NCBI GenBank assembly: GCA_964369165.1
Contig: CAYJFE010000002.1
Span: 6,647-55,277 of the forward strand
From: an uncultured Desulfovibrionaceae bacterium
GTDB taxonomy: Bacteria; Desulfobacterota; Desulfovibrionia; Desulfovibrionales; Desulfovibrionaceae
Reading direction: 5' to 3'
DNA length: 48,631 nucleotides
A program made the translations under genes and the position numbers. The notes beneath the pieces are model-generated. The model saw only the letters and a list, made by a program, of their open reading frames with translations, searched no databases and was not told where the DNA came from. Each line of letters starts with the position of its first letter. The first letter of the stretch is position 1. Of this stretch, positions 26,300 through 35,800 are shown piece by piece.

Positions 26300-27401
26300 T
26301 CGTAAGAAGTGTTAAAGGTAGGCGAATGCCTAAAAGTGCTGCCGTGGCAGAATTGATATATATTTTAGGGTTGAAATCTAGTAATATTCTTTTATCATAC
26401 GCTCTATTTCTTGCAAAATGTTGCATAATGAGTTGAGCAAAAGCTGCGCCGATATCTTGATAGTTCAAGGTTGAAATGCCTATAAGCGCGCCTTCCATAA
26501 CAGGCACTCTGCCGTCTTTTGCATAGCTAGTGATGCCTTTTTCATGCATGAACTGGTAAAGAGCTTTTGGATCTCCGCTACTTGGGTCAAAGCAAGTGAG
26601 AGCAGGCACATAGATAGATTCAACCCCTTGCGCTGCTAAAGCTTCAATGCCTTGCATACAAGAAGCCACAGATTCTTCAAGGTCAATTTTATTATAATAG
26701 AAGACCTGAAAACCGCGCTCACGGCCAACTTCTCTTAATTCATTGATATTACAGTATAATGCTCCTTCCTCTGTAGGCGGTGACATTGTACCAATTTTTT
26801 TAATATCCATAAGTGAGTCAAGTAAGGTAATACTTTTGCGCCACTTGTTAGGGATATACTCTACATAAAAATTACTGGCTACAGGTTCAAAAGTATCTGG
26901 ATTGACAAGGCCTGCAAGTATAGGTTCGGCAACATCTATGCTAAAGACTGGTTTTTGTGGATTATTATGCTCTAAAAGTGCGACACTTGCTGCAGTACCC
27001 ATGGCTACTACTAGATCTATTTCAGGGTCAGTCATAATAGCTTGTGCTATTTCGCCCATTTCTTTTTCTGAAGTTGTCCAGCCAGGTGAGAAATATTTAT
27101 CTTCTGGAAGATGCAATTTAAAACTTTCAGGATAGCTTTCAATGTTTTTTTTGATTTCTTCGTAGATTTCAGTGAATTCCCAATAGGGGCCACCTTCAAA
27201 ATAAGCTATAGTATACATTTCTTTGTTCACTAAAGTCATTTTATTTTTTAATATTTGAACCGTAGGAAATTCATTACCTTCAAAAAGGCTTTGCCCCGCA
27301 TTCCGTGCTATCGCAGGAAAAGGCAAGGCTAGAAGACAAAGCAGGATGAAAGAAAATGCTTTATAAAATTTTGAAGAAAAATAGCTATAGGCTTGAAACA
27401 T
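26253..27401 (-). CDS. PF04392-type ABC-transporter substrate-binding-like periplasmic protein, paralog 2
   Basis: 382 aa. Signal peptide MFQAYSYFSSKFYKAFSFILLCLLALPFPAIA. DLVVAMGTAASVALLE. C-terminus EGALIGISTLNYQDIGAAF…IYINSATAALLGIRLPLTLL. RBS AAGAGG. Confidence 0.65.
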   Translation of the reverse strand: MFQAYSYFSSKFYKAFSFILLCLLALPFPAIARNAGQSLFEGNEFPTVQILKNKMTLVNKEMYTIAYFEGGPYWEFTEIYEEIKKNIESYPESFKLHLPEDKYFSPGWTTSEKEMGEIAQAIMTDPEIDLVVAMGTAASVALLEHNNPQKPVFSIDVAEPILAGLVNPDTFEPVASNFYVEYIPNKWRKSITLLDSLMDIKKIGTMSPPTEEGALYCNINELREVGRERGFQVFYYNKIDLEESVASCMQGIEALAAQGVESIYVPALTCFDPSSGDPKALYQFMHEKGITSYAKDGRVPVMEGALIGISTLNYQDIGAAFAQLIMQHFARNRAYDKRILLDFNPKIYINSATAALLGIRLPLTLLTNVDSIYDNTLPKITH

Positions 27402-27453
27402 AAATAAAGCCTCTTTATTTGGGAAGATAGTTTTTAAAGGCTGAGCCTTGAAT

Positions 27454-27624
27454 TTATTGTTTTTGTTTTGGCTTGCAAAAGGTTGCTATAAGCATAAGTA
27501 GGCCTATAAGGGGAGTGAAAAGTAGGCTTGCAAAAAAGAAGCCCCAGAATTGATAACCACGATTTCTACCTATAAATGCCACAACCATGGCAGCTAGAAC
27601 ATAGAGAATAAAAAGTTTGACCAT
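27454..27624 (-). CDS. Small membrane protein (56 aa), translationally coupled downstream of the SPFH gene
   Basis: Not in the ORF track because it is under 60 aa. Hand-translated: MVKLFILYVLAAMVVAFIGRNRGYQFWGFFFASLLFTPLIGLLMLIATFCKPKQKQ. Two hydrophobic helices. Starts 12 nt after the SPFH stop. Confidence 0.4.
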   Translation of the reverse strand: MVKLFILYVLAAMVVAFIGRNRGYQFWGFFFASLLFTPLIGLLMLIATFCKPKQKQ

Positions 27625-27636
27625 AATATGTCCTTA

Positions 27637-28917
27637 TTATTGGTTTTGCTTAGGGGTTATTTGGATAGTGAGCACATCAGATACAGAATTGACAAATTCG
27701 TCCCACTTTTCTTGTACAGGAGTCAAAGGTTCTTTTGCAGCAAGTTCTTGGCCTTCTATAGGCTCTTCTTCAAGCACATAGATCAAATCATGAGCTAATT
27801 GCTTTTCTTCTGCTTGAGCTTTTGCATGGGCTTGTCCTTCTAAGGTGGTTGGATCGTTTGAATAGGAGGAACGAGCAGGGGAATTTGAACCTGTAGGATC
27901 AGGCGTGTTCATATTGCTAGGATTTTCTGGATTAGCTTGATTTACGGGGCCTGCACCTAAGTTAGAAACATCAATATCTCCATCTTCGTCAGGCGCGAAA
28001 GAGCGCATTTGTTCATTTTGCAAATTATCATTGAGTGCATTTTCAAAGTTTTGGCTTGATGTGCTTGAATCACTTTCTGTATTGAGAATGAGAGGGAGGC
28101 CATTGTCACCACCACCAACAACAACAATTTTTGCATTATTTGAAGTGGCTAACTCTTTAGTGGCTTGTATACCTTCATAGTTCAAGAAGTTTTGTGTCAT
28201 GCCTGAATTGACTAATTCTTGGTATTTTTGTATGCCAAGGCCTTCAATAAATTTACGCTTCGCTTCTTCGCCTTCTGAAAGGAGGAGGAATTGATATTCT
28301 CTGAGTTCTTGAGAGGCAACCATTTTCTTCACAATAGCATCAGTGAAACCAATGGGGAATTCGATACTTTTTACTAAGAATTTGTGTATGGTAATGGGAA
28401 GACGCCCTAGGGTTGAAATTGCGCCTATAAGCATATCGTCCTCAAGAGCTTGACGAGCTGTTGAATAAAGCTCTTCAGCTGAATATGTACCTATTACTTG
28501 ACGAACGACAGAAGTTATCATTGGAATAAGAACTTTTTCTCTATAAGATGGGCCCACTTGCTGATGGAAAAGTGGGAGCAAGTCAGGGTCTAGCTGGTAG
28601 ATGCAAGACACTAAAACCTTAATGGGCATACCTTCTTGTGAAGGAATTTCAAGAACTTTTGAATATTCAATATAACGCATATCGTAGACATACATAATAT
28701 CAAAAGGCATCAAGAAGTGCACGCCTTCAGGGTATGGAGCTTCAAGATTTGTTCCTGTGAAGAAACGGCTATATTTTACGCCAAGTTCACCAGAATAAAC
28801 GGTGACTACGATTTGCTTCCAAAAGAAGAGGACACCTAAGGTGAAGCAAAGCCCAAAAGTTAAAAGGTAGGGGCGCATTTTCACATACGCATTGTAGAAA
28901 GTAGTTTTAGCACTCAT
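27637..28917 (-). CDS. SPFH/band-7 (prohibitin/HflC-like) membrane protein with a low-complexity C-terminal tail
   Basis: 426 aa. N-terminal TM, then the SPFH core (…VTVYSGELGVKY…GVHFLMPFDIMYVYDMRYIEY…). The C-terminal ~140 aa is S/N/P/Q-rich and disordered-like. Confidence 0.7.
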   Translation of the reverse strand: MSAKTTFYNAYVKMRPYLLTFGLCFTLGVLFFWKQIVVTVYSGELGVKYSRFFTGTNLEAPYPEGVHFLMPFDIMYVYDMRYIEYSKVLEIPSQEGMPIKVLVSCIYQLDPDLLPLFHQQVGPSYREKVLIPMITSVVRQVIGTYSAEELYSTARQALEDDMLIGAISTLGRLPITIHKFLVKSIEFPIGFTDAIVKKMVASQELREYQFLLLSEGEEAKRKFIEGLGIQKYQELVNSGMTQNFLNYEGIQATKELATSNNAKIVVVGGGDNGLPLILNTESDSSTSSQNFENALNDNLQNEQMRSFAPDEDGDIDVSNLGAGPVNQANPENPSNMNTPDPTGSNSPARSSYSNDPTTLEGQAHAKAQAEEKQLAHDLIYVLEEEPIEGQELAAKEPLTPVQEKWDEFVNSVSDVLTIQITPKQNQ

Positions 28918-28918
28918 A

Positions 28919-29431
28919 TTATTCTATCCCAACTTCAATGTTTTCATAAATTGGTGAACCTCGCCAATGTCTATCAAACATTAGATCTACACATTGTCTT
29001 TCAAAGCGCATACATAGTTCGTTTGACTCAAAGTCGTACACTTCGCTTTGCCCTTTACAGAGATTATGCATTATAGGGCAATTAGAAACGTGTTTTAAAA
29101 AACGCCCTGTTTCTGGCCTACCGCTGATATATTGACGAGCAGTTTTTAACAGGGAATTTCTGTACTCGTTCATGCAAGTATTTACCCTATCTCTGTAGGA
29201 GAAATTTTCTTCAAAGCAGAGTATACGCTCTTCTATGATAGTATATACAGCATCTGCAGCGGTTTGTGCTGGTATTGTCTTATTGACATCAATAAAAAGT
29301 TCAATGATCTCGGGGTCTAGGCCGGAGCTTTCAAAAACATTTGCATGGGCGCAGATATGCATTTGAAGGAAGAATGCAAGAGAAATAAGTTGTAAAACTG
29401 TAAATTTCAAAAGGCAAGCCCAAGTTTTCAT
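28919..29431 (-). CDS. Secreted cysteine-rich protein of unknown function
   Basis: Preferred start is the ATG at 29431 (MKTWACLLKFTVLQLISLAFFLQMHICAHA, a signal peptide; AGGA RBS). The mature part is ~140 aa with 6 Cys. Its stop overlaps the SPFH start (coupled). Confidence 0.5.
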   Translation of the reverse strand: MKTWACLLKFTVLQLISLAFFLQMHICAHANVFESSGLDPEIIELFIDVNKTIPAQTAADAVYTIIEERILCFEENFSYRDRVNTCMNEYRNSLLKTARQYISGRPETGRFLKHVSNCPIMHNLCKGQSEVYDFESNELCMRFERQCVDLMFDRHWRGSPIYENIEVGIE

Positions 29432-29523
29432 AGAAAATCCTATTGTAAAGGTATAGCCATTGTAAAACAGCATTGTTTTAAATTACTTGATATGAGCAAA
29501 AGTGTCAAGGTAAAATGTGATTG

Positions 29524-30285
29524 TTAGAGGATTATTTCAGTGGTTTCAAAATGATAGATATTAGTATCTTTGTAAATGTCATCATCTTGAAAGCAAAAAG
29601 AAAGCGAATAATTTACAAGCTCTTTTCTGTGGCATAAAACAAAGTTTTTTTGCTTGTGTATTGCAAGATGAGAATTGTTTTTTTCTTTTGTGTGTGCAGT
29701 TGCAAAAATACTGCTTTGGTAAAATTCTTTTGCTAAAATAATAGAGGAGGGACTTATGCCAAGACCTGTGCCTAGAGCTTTGAGATAGGCTTCTTTCAAA
29801 GTCCAAATTCTATAAAAAAGCTTTGTTTTTTCTGTGTATGACATATTTATTTGACTTTCAATATATTCTTGCTCTTCTTTATGGAAAAGAAAGTCATAGC
29901 ATTCATTGAAAAGAGAAGTTTTTGTAATTTCTTCAATATCAATGCCGAGCGGATTTCTTTGTGTAATTTCACTTTGTGCTGAGAATATACCACAAGCTCT
30001 ATTGCCTGAATGCGAAAGGTTAAAAGAAAGAGGGAAGTTTGTGCAAAATAATTTGCCTTCTTTGCTTTTTTGTATATTTGCCTTGTGAAGATCAAAGCCG
30101 TAGTCTTCAAAGGCTTTTTGCAAAACTAAGCCAGCACCAAGCGAAAGCTTACGATCTTTAGGGAAAAGATAGCTATCACATTTTTCTTTACGCCATAAGG
30201 GAAGCGCATTATACGAATTTTCATACAATTCTTCATTGTCTAAAGCATCGACGTTAATGATATAAATTTTAGGTAGATGAGGCAT
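29524..30285 (-). CDS. Sfp-type 4'-phosphopantetheinyl transferase
   Basis: 253 aa. PPTase motifs FNLSHSG, GIDIEEI and WTLKEAYLKALGTGL (the W/KEA…K…G block). Confidence 0.85.
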   Translation of the reverse strand: MPHLPKIYIINVDALDNEELYENSYNALPLWRKEKCDSYLFPKDRKLSLGAGLVLQKAFEDYGFDLHKANIQKSKEGKLFCTNFPLSFNLSHSGNRACGIFSAQSEITQRNPLGIDIEEITKTSLFNECYDFLFHKEEQEYIESQINMSYTEKTKLFYRIWTLKEAYLKALGTGLGISPSSIILAKEFYQSSIFATAHTKEKNNSHLAIHKQKNFVLCHRKELVNYSLSFCFQDDDIYKDTNIYHFETTEIIL

Positions 30286-30288
30286 GGC

Positions 30289-31959
30289 TTAGAGTATTTT
30301 GCCCTCTGACATATGTATGATTTTGTCAGCATAAGAATGGTAAGAGTCGTCACGAGAAGCAATAATAATGCTTTTGCCTTGTTTTTTCATATAGGGTATA
30401 ATTTCTAAATAAAAATGCTGGCGAAATTCTTTATCAAAATCAGCTTCAATTTCGTCAAAGAGGTAGATATCTTTATCTTCTAAAAGAGCATACAAAAGGG
30501 CAAGACGCTTTTCTTCACCGCTTGAAAGGGGCATAAATTCAAAATCGTCATTTTCAAGATATTGCACTTTATGCATAAGTTTAACAAGTTTTGCCATTTC
30601 AAGAAAGGAGTGTGAAGAAGCAAGAATATTTGGATGCCTTGAAAAATGCACTTTTGAGGGCACAAAGGCAAAAAGATTTCGCCAATCCTCTAAGGTATAA
30701 GGAGCTTTTTCTGCATCATTATTTTCAAAAATTTTGTAATCGTTGAGAATAAAGCTTCCTTTTTCGGGTAGATAGAGTGTGCTTATAAGATTGAGAAAGG
30801 AACTTTTGCCAGAGCCATTATTGCCATAAAGCATAATAATTTCATTTTTATCTAGTCGAAATTCAGGAATTGAAAGTGAATAGACTTTGTCCTCTTCTTT
30901 ATTTCTGTAGGCAAAATACAAATTTTTTATTAAAAGAGATTTGAAGTTTGTATAGTCTAAATCATCTTTTTCCCATGAGTTTTCCACATATTTTCTTTCA
31001 AATTCTTCAATATCTTTATCAAGTTTTTTATCAAAATTATAAAGAAGGGTGATATTTGTTTCTACCTTAGTAAAGATAGGCACAAGGCTGACAATATTCA
31101 TAAGTGGTGTTATGCAAAATATCACTAAAACAAGTAAATGCGTCAATTCATTTAAAGAAAGTGGCGCTACCCAAGGCACTGCAAAAAGTAAAATACCTAA
31201 GATGGCAAGAGTGTAAGTCGAAAAGAAAGTCATGCCATGCGTGTGCGCGTTTTCTGTTTCTTCACGAAGCAAAGACGATCTTTTAAGGCTTGGGAAAAGC
31301 CAAGTTTGAAAAAGATAGACACTTTGTTTCAGGCTTATTTTTGTATCCATAAAAGCATCTTCAAAGTTTTGAAATTCATTTGAAAAATTTCTTTCTGTTT
31401 CTTTTGACATAAGAGTATAGGCCTTTGCATCTTGCACTATGCGAATATAGATAGTAAAACCTATGCCCATAAGAAGAAAAACTATGCACGCGCCAAGAAG
31501 TGATGTTGCAATCATTTGGGCTATAGCCACAAACATCATAACAGAATTTGAAAAGGCTGAAGTGAGAATACGCGCTACTTCCACCACCATTTCTTGCGAA
31601 TTATGCAAGATAAGCTGGCTGCTTTCTTCTTTTATTTTTGTAAAGTTTTGTAAAGAAAGTCCGCGTAATTTTGAAACAATGCCCATGCGTAATTTCGTGA
31701 CAGCACGTAAAGAGAAAATTGTCATTCTTTGTGTGCAATATTGAAATAAAGCATAGGATAAAAAAAGCGAGATGACAAAAAATAGAAGTACATATAATTC
31801 TATGCCATTGTGCGCTAATTGTTTCAAGCCTAAAAGAATACTTGAAAGAACAGCTCCTTGCGCTAATCCTGAAACAACACAAGCCAAGAGTACGGGCAAT
31901 TTTTGTTTGCCTGCTTCTTCAAAAAGCATAGAAAGAAAATGAGATTGTGGTGTTTTCAT
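30289..31959 (-). CDS. Fused ABC exporter (TMD-NBD), SyrD/PvdE-like cyclic-peptide transporter family
   Basis: 556 aa. N-terminal 6-TM domain. Walker A GNNGSGKSS, signature LSSGEEKRLAL, Walker B IYLFDEIEADFD. The ~550-aa half-transporter architecture is typical of NRPS-associated peptide exporters. Ends 3 nt before the PPTase start. Confidence 0.8.
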   Translation of the reverse strand: MKTPQSHFLSMLFEEAGKQKLPVLLACVVSGLAQGAVLSSILLGLKQLAHNGIELYVLLFFVISLFLSYALFQYCTQRMTIFSLRAVTKLRMGIVSKLRGLSLQNFTKIKEESSQLILHNSQEMVVEVARILTSAFSNSVMMFVAIAQMIATSLLGACIVFLLMGIGFTIYIRIVQDAKAYTLMSKETERNFSNEFQNFEDAFMDTKISLKQSVYLFQTWLFPSLKRSSLLREETENAHTHGMTFFSTYTLAILGILLFAVPWVAPLSLNELTHLLVLVIFCITPLMNIVSLVPIFTKVETNITLLYNFDKKLDKDIEEFERKYVENSWEKDDLDYTNFKSLLIKNLYFAYRNKEEDKVYSLSIPEFRLDKNEIIMLYGNNGSGKSSFLNLISTLYLPEKGSFILNDYKIFENNDAEKAPYTLEDWRNLFAFVPSKVHFSRHPNILASSHSFLEMAKLVKLMHKVQYLENDDFEFMPLSSGEEKRLALLYALLEDKDIYLFDEIEADFDKEFRQHFYLEIIPYMKKQGKSIIIASRDDSYHSYADKIIHMSEGKIL

Positions 31960-32008
31960 ACCGTAGCTTCTAAATCCTCAAAAAAAATCATAATTACAAG
32001 TGTATTGC

Positions 32009-32839
32009 TTATTTGGCTAAAATGTCAACGCAATTTTTTGTGAAATCTGTGATGATACCTTTTACACCAGCTTCTAGCATAGTTTTTGCCTCTGCCATAT
32101 CATTCACTGTCCATACATTTACATAGATGCCTGCTTCTTCTAAGGCTTTTATTTCTTCATGCAAAAGAAGTTCTCTACTCGGGTGGTAGGCAAGAGCCTT
32201 TATTTCTTTACAGAGTGCTAAAGGATTTTGGGGTCTATTGTCTTCTACTAAAACTCCTCTTGGCAAGGTGGGCATGATTTTTTTTGCTTCATAAAGATAG
32301 ATATGCTGAAAGGAAGAAAGCAAGACACGCTCTGCCATTTCGCATTCTTTAATGCAGTCAATCACGTCCTTTGTTACTCGCTCATGCCCTATAAGAGGGA
32401 GATGATCTTTGATTTCTACATTCACAAACCAATTCAATTCCTTAGTAAGAAGTAGAGCTTCTTTGAGTGTGGGCACTTTGAGATTTTGAAAATTCTCCAC
32501 TCTCTCTTTGTCAAGACTTGCAAGTGTTTGGAAAGGATCAGTTTTTACAAACCATGAACCAGCATCTAAGTGGCGAATTTCTTCTAATGTGAAGTCACAA
32601 ACTTTGTAAGACTCTCTATCTGGGAACAAATCTTCAACATTTGTAGTACGACATAATGTGTCATCATGAATAACTACAAGCTCAAAATCTTTAGTGTAGC
32701 AAACATCTAATTCCCACATTTGCGCACCTAAATTATAGGCAAGATCTGCGGCATAAAGTGTGTTTTCAGGCGCGTGCGCTCTTGCGCCTCTGTGGGCTAC
32801 AGTAAGGGGCTTTGAACAAAGTGAGGGAATAAATGACAT
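32009..32839 (-). CDS. Glycerophosphodiester phosphodiesterase family protein
   Basis: 276 aa. The GDPD catalytic N-terminus (LTVAHRGARAHAPENTLYA…ELDVCYTKDFELVVIHDDTL) has the HR…E…D…H pattern. Confidence 0.75.
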   Translation of the reverse strand: MSFIPSLCSKPLTVAHRGARAHAPENTLYAADLAYNLGAQMWELDVCYTKDFELVVIHDDTLCRTTNVEDLFPDRESYKVCDFTLEEIRHLDAGSWFVKTDPFQTLASLDKERVENFQNLKVPTLKEALLLTKELNWFVNVEIKDHLPLIGHERVTKDVIDCIKECEMAERVLLSSFQHIYLYEAKKIMPTLPRGVLVEDNRPQNPLALCKEIKALAYHPSRELLLHEEIKALEEAGIYVNVWTVNDMAEAKTMLEAGVKGIITDFTKNCVDILAK

Positions 32840-32893
32840 ACTTTCTCCTTAGCTGATGTGATTAAGTTAATAAAGAAAATTCAGAGATAGAAA

Positions 32894-35800
32894 CTAGATA
32901 GCATTTAAAGGTTTGTCTGGATAGGTAGACGCAATATCAAGGAATTTTACAAACATAGTCGCAAAGGCTGTGATGGTGTTTCTGTCAATAATTTCAGGAT
33001 TATAGTTGAAATTGAAGTCGTGCAATCCTTCGACAGTTAATGTGAGCGGGCTTCCTGTCATATTTACAGAATATACATTTTCTATATCTTTTGAATCTTC
33101 ATTGAAAGTGGGCAGATTTTCCATAATAAAAAGCACGTCAGACAAGTCATTCTTATAAGGCGTTTGCTCATAAATAGTTGAAGAAGCAATGGCTATATGT
33201 TCTTCTCTTTCATGGTTTTTTTCTTGGAAAAGTTTTGTGCGCTCTTTGAAAGAAAGCTCTGAGGTATATGGAAAACGGCAAGGAATAAGATTTGTAAAAA
33301 ATCCGACGCAAGTTTCAATGCCTTCCACTTCAGCAGGTCTTAATGAATAAATGCTATGGAAGAAAATATCATCATTTCCTGTATATACCTGCAAAATAGT
33401 CGCAAGAGCAGATTGATAAATGGTGCTCATTGTAAGATGGCAATCTTCAGAAAGTTTTTTACAACGCTCAACAATGACATCGTCTATATTGAAATTCTGC
33501 ACTTCTTCAGGATAAGGATCACCTTGATTGTAGGTAAAGTTTCTATTCACGCCATAGATATGCGTTGGCGCATAGACATTTTTAAGCTCATTTTTCCACC
33601 AATCGTGGTGCAAAGGAATGTCTTGTCTTTTGAGCCATTGTGAATAGTCACGCATATCAAAAGTATTTGTGCCAATATCGTCCTTTGAAAGATCGTCGTA
33701 AAAGACTTCTGCGCCCCATCTATCAAAAACAATATGCGTAAAAGTAATAGTCATATCAACTACAGTATCGCTGATTTGATAAAGACCAATATGCAAAAGC
33801 GTATCTTTTGAAATATCCACTATCTTTGCTTTGTGCATAGCTTTTTCATTGTCTATATATTGCCTTTGCTCAACAGTGGCTAAATGGCGTAAGTCTTTGA
33901 CAATAATGGATTCTTTTCTGTCTTTGAGTATAAGAGCGCGGGGCACATTGTCAATAATAGGGCAGACCATGCGCAAATTCTCATGCTTTTGCCACACATT
34001 CTTTGCTCTTGCTAAAAAGGTATCAATATCAAGTTCCTTGAAGCGATAATGCGATTGCTTGATATAGGTCGGCGCAGTGTGCGGATTCATGACTAAATCG
34101 TAATAAGTACGCAATTCTATAGCATTTAACGGACGGATTGATTCTATATCGCCATAAAAATCTAAGGCAGATTCAAGGCTTTTTTGCGAAATGCTTGCAT
34201 CGCCATAGTCTGCGCCAGTTTTTAAAGGCTTTTCAAGTGCAAGGCAATGCTCTAAAAGCTCTTCAATGCTCTTTTTATATTTTTCTAAAAGCTCTTGCTG
34301 CTCCCCATCTGAAAAAATATCAGTATCCATATTGAAGGCGCATTCAAGGCAATTATCTTCGCCAATTATGCAAGTGACAGAAAGTGGCGTTGCCATTGGA
34401 TGATTGTCATCACTGTAGCCATCAAGATCATAAAAAGTATATTGATTCTCGCTGCTTGCTGAATTGACTTGGCCTAAATAATTGAATTCAATATGCGAAG
34501 AAAGAAGGGGTATATTTTGCATTTTCAAATCAGTCAATACACCATAGCCAAGACCTTTATTTGGCACTGAGCGAAGCTTATCTTTCACAGCAAAAAGTGT
34601 TTGACCTATGCTTTCTTGTTTTTCTAAAACAACAGGGAAAAGTGAAGTAAACCAACCCACTGCGCGAGATAAGTCTATATCAAAAAATTCGTCACGCCCG
34701 TGCGATTCAAGATTGATTTGAATTTTATTATGCCCAGAAGGAAGATTACAAATATCAGCATGCACAAGGGCGGCTAGAAGAAAATCTTCCATATTCGCAT
34801 GATAGCTATTGATTCCCTCTAAGAGCATAGAAGAAGTAAGTTTTTGTGAAAACTTGAAACTTTGCGCCTTATAAGTTTTTTTGACTCTTTCTTTTTTTGA
34901 AAAGAACTTGCCTTGCAATTCACTTTCTGGCAAAGTGGCTTGTTGCCAATAGCTTATTTCGGCATCAAAGTTTGTGCTTTCTTGCAATTTTTGCATATAA
35001 TGCCCAAACTGGCTTTCTGGCATAAGATCTTCTTCAGTATTTAAATCGTCTAATAAAATACGCCACGAAATGCCGTCAACAATAAGATGGTGAATTGCTA
35101 GAAGAAGATAACTTTCAGAATTGTCTTTATTTGTGTGATAGCCTGCGATAAAAAGTTTGTTTTCAGCTAAAGAAATTTCGTCAATCAAGCGAGCTTTCAT
35201 TTGCATAATACTTTCATTTTCTTCTGCTGTGTGGAAAATAAAGAGATTATCTTCAGCATCTTGCACTCTTTGTTGCGGTATGCCTTTATTTTCTATGCAA
35301 TTAAAATGCACCCTAAGCATATCGTGTTTTTGCCAAAGTTCATAGCATTTTTCTCTTGCTTCTTCAAAGCTGAGATTTTCTTTTGTAACAATAGCAATTT
35401 GCGCAAATTTTTCAAGCGGACTACTACTGTCATTTATGGCAAGCGCATTATTTTTGAATTGACTCATATGGAAGAAGTGCTTTTGTATGGGGCTTAAAGG
35501 AACATCTTTGAGGGCTTGAGCGTAGAGATTTTTTTCTATAGGTTCTAAAATAAGCGCTAGTGTGGCTATGGTTGCGTATTTAAAGATTTCTTTCACAGTG
35601 CATTTATAGCCTTGCTGTGAAAGGCGAGAAATCGCTCTGATAGCAGTGATAGAATCAGCACCGAGAGCAAAGAGATTGTCGTTCACACTGATATTTTCTT
35701 TGCCCAACAATTGTCCCCAAATTTCAGCAAGAAGTATTTCTTTTTCGCTTGAAGGCGCAACTTTACTTTGATTTATACGCGGCTTTGGAAGGGCAGATAC

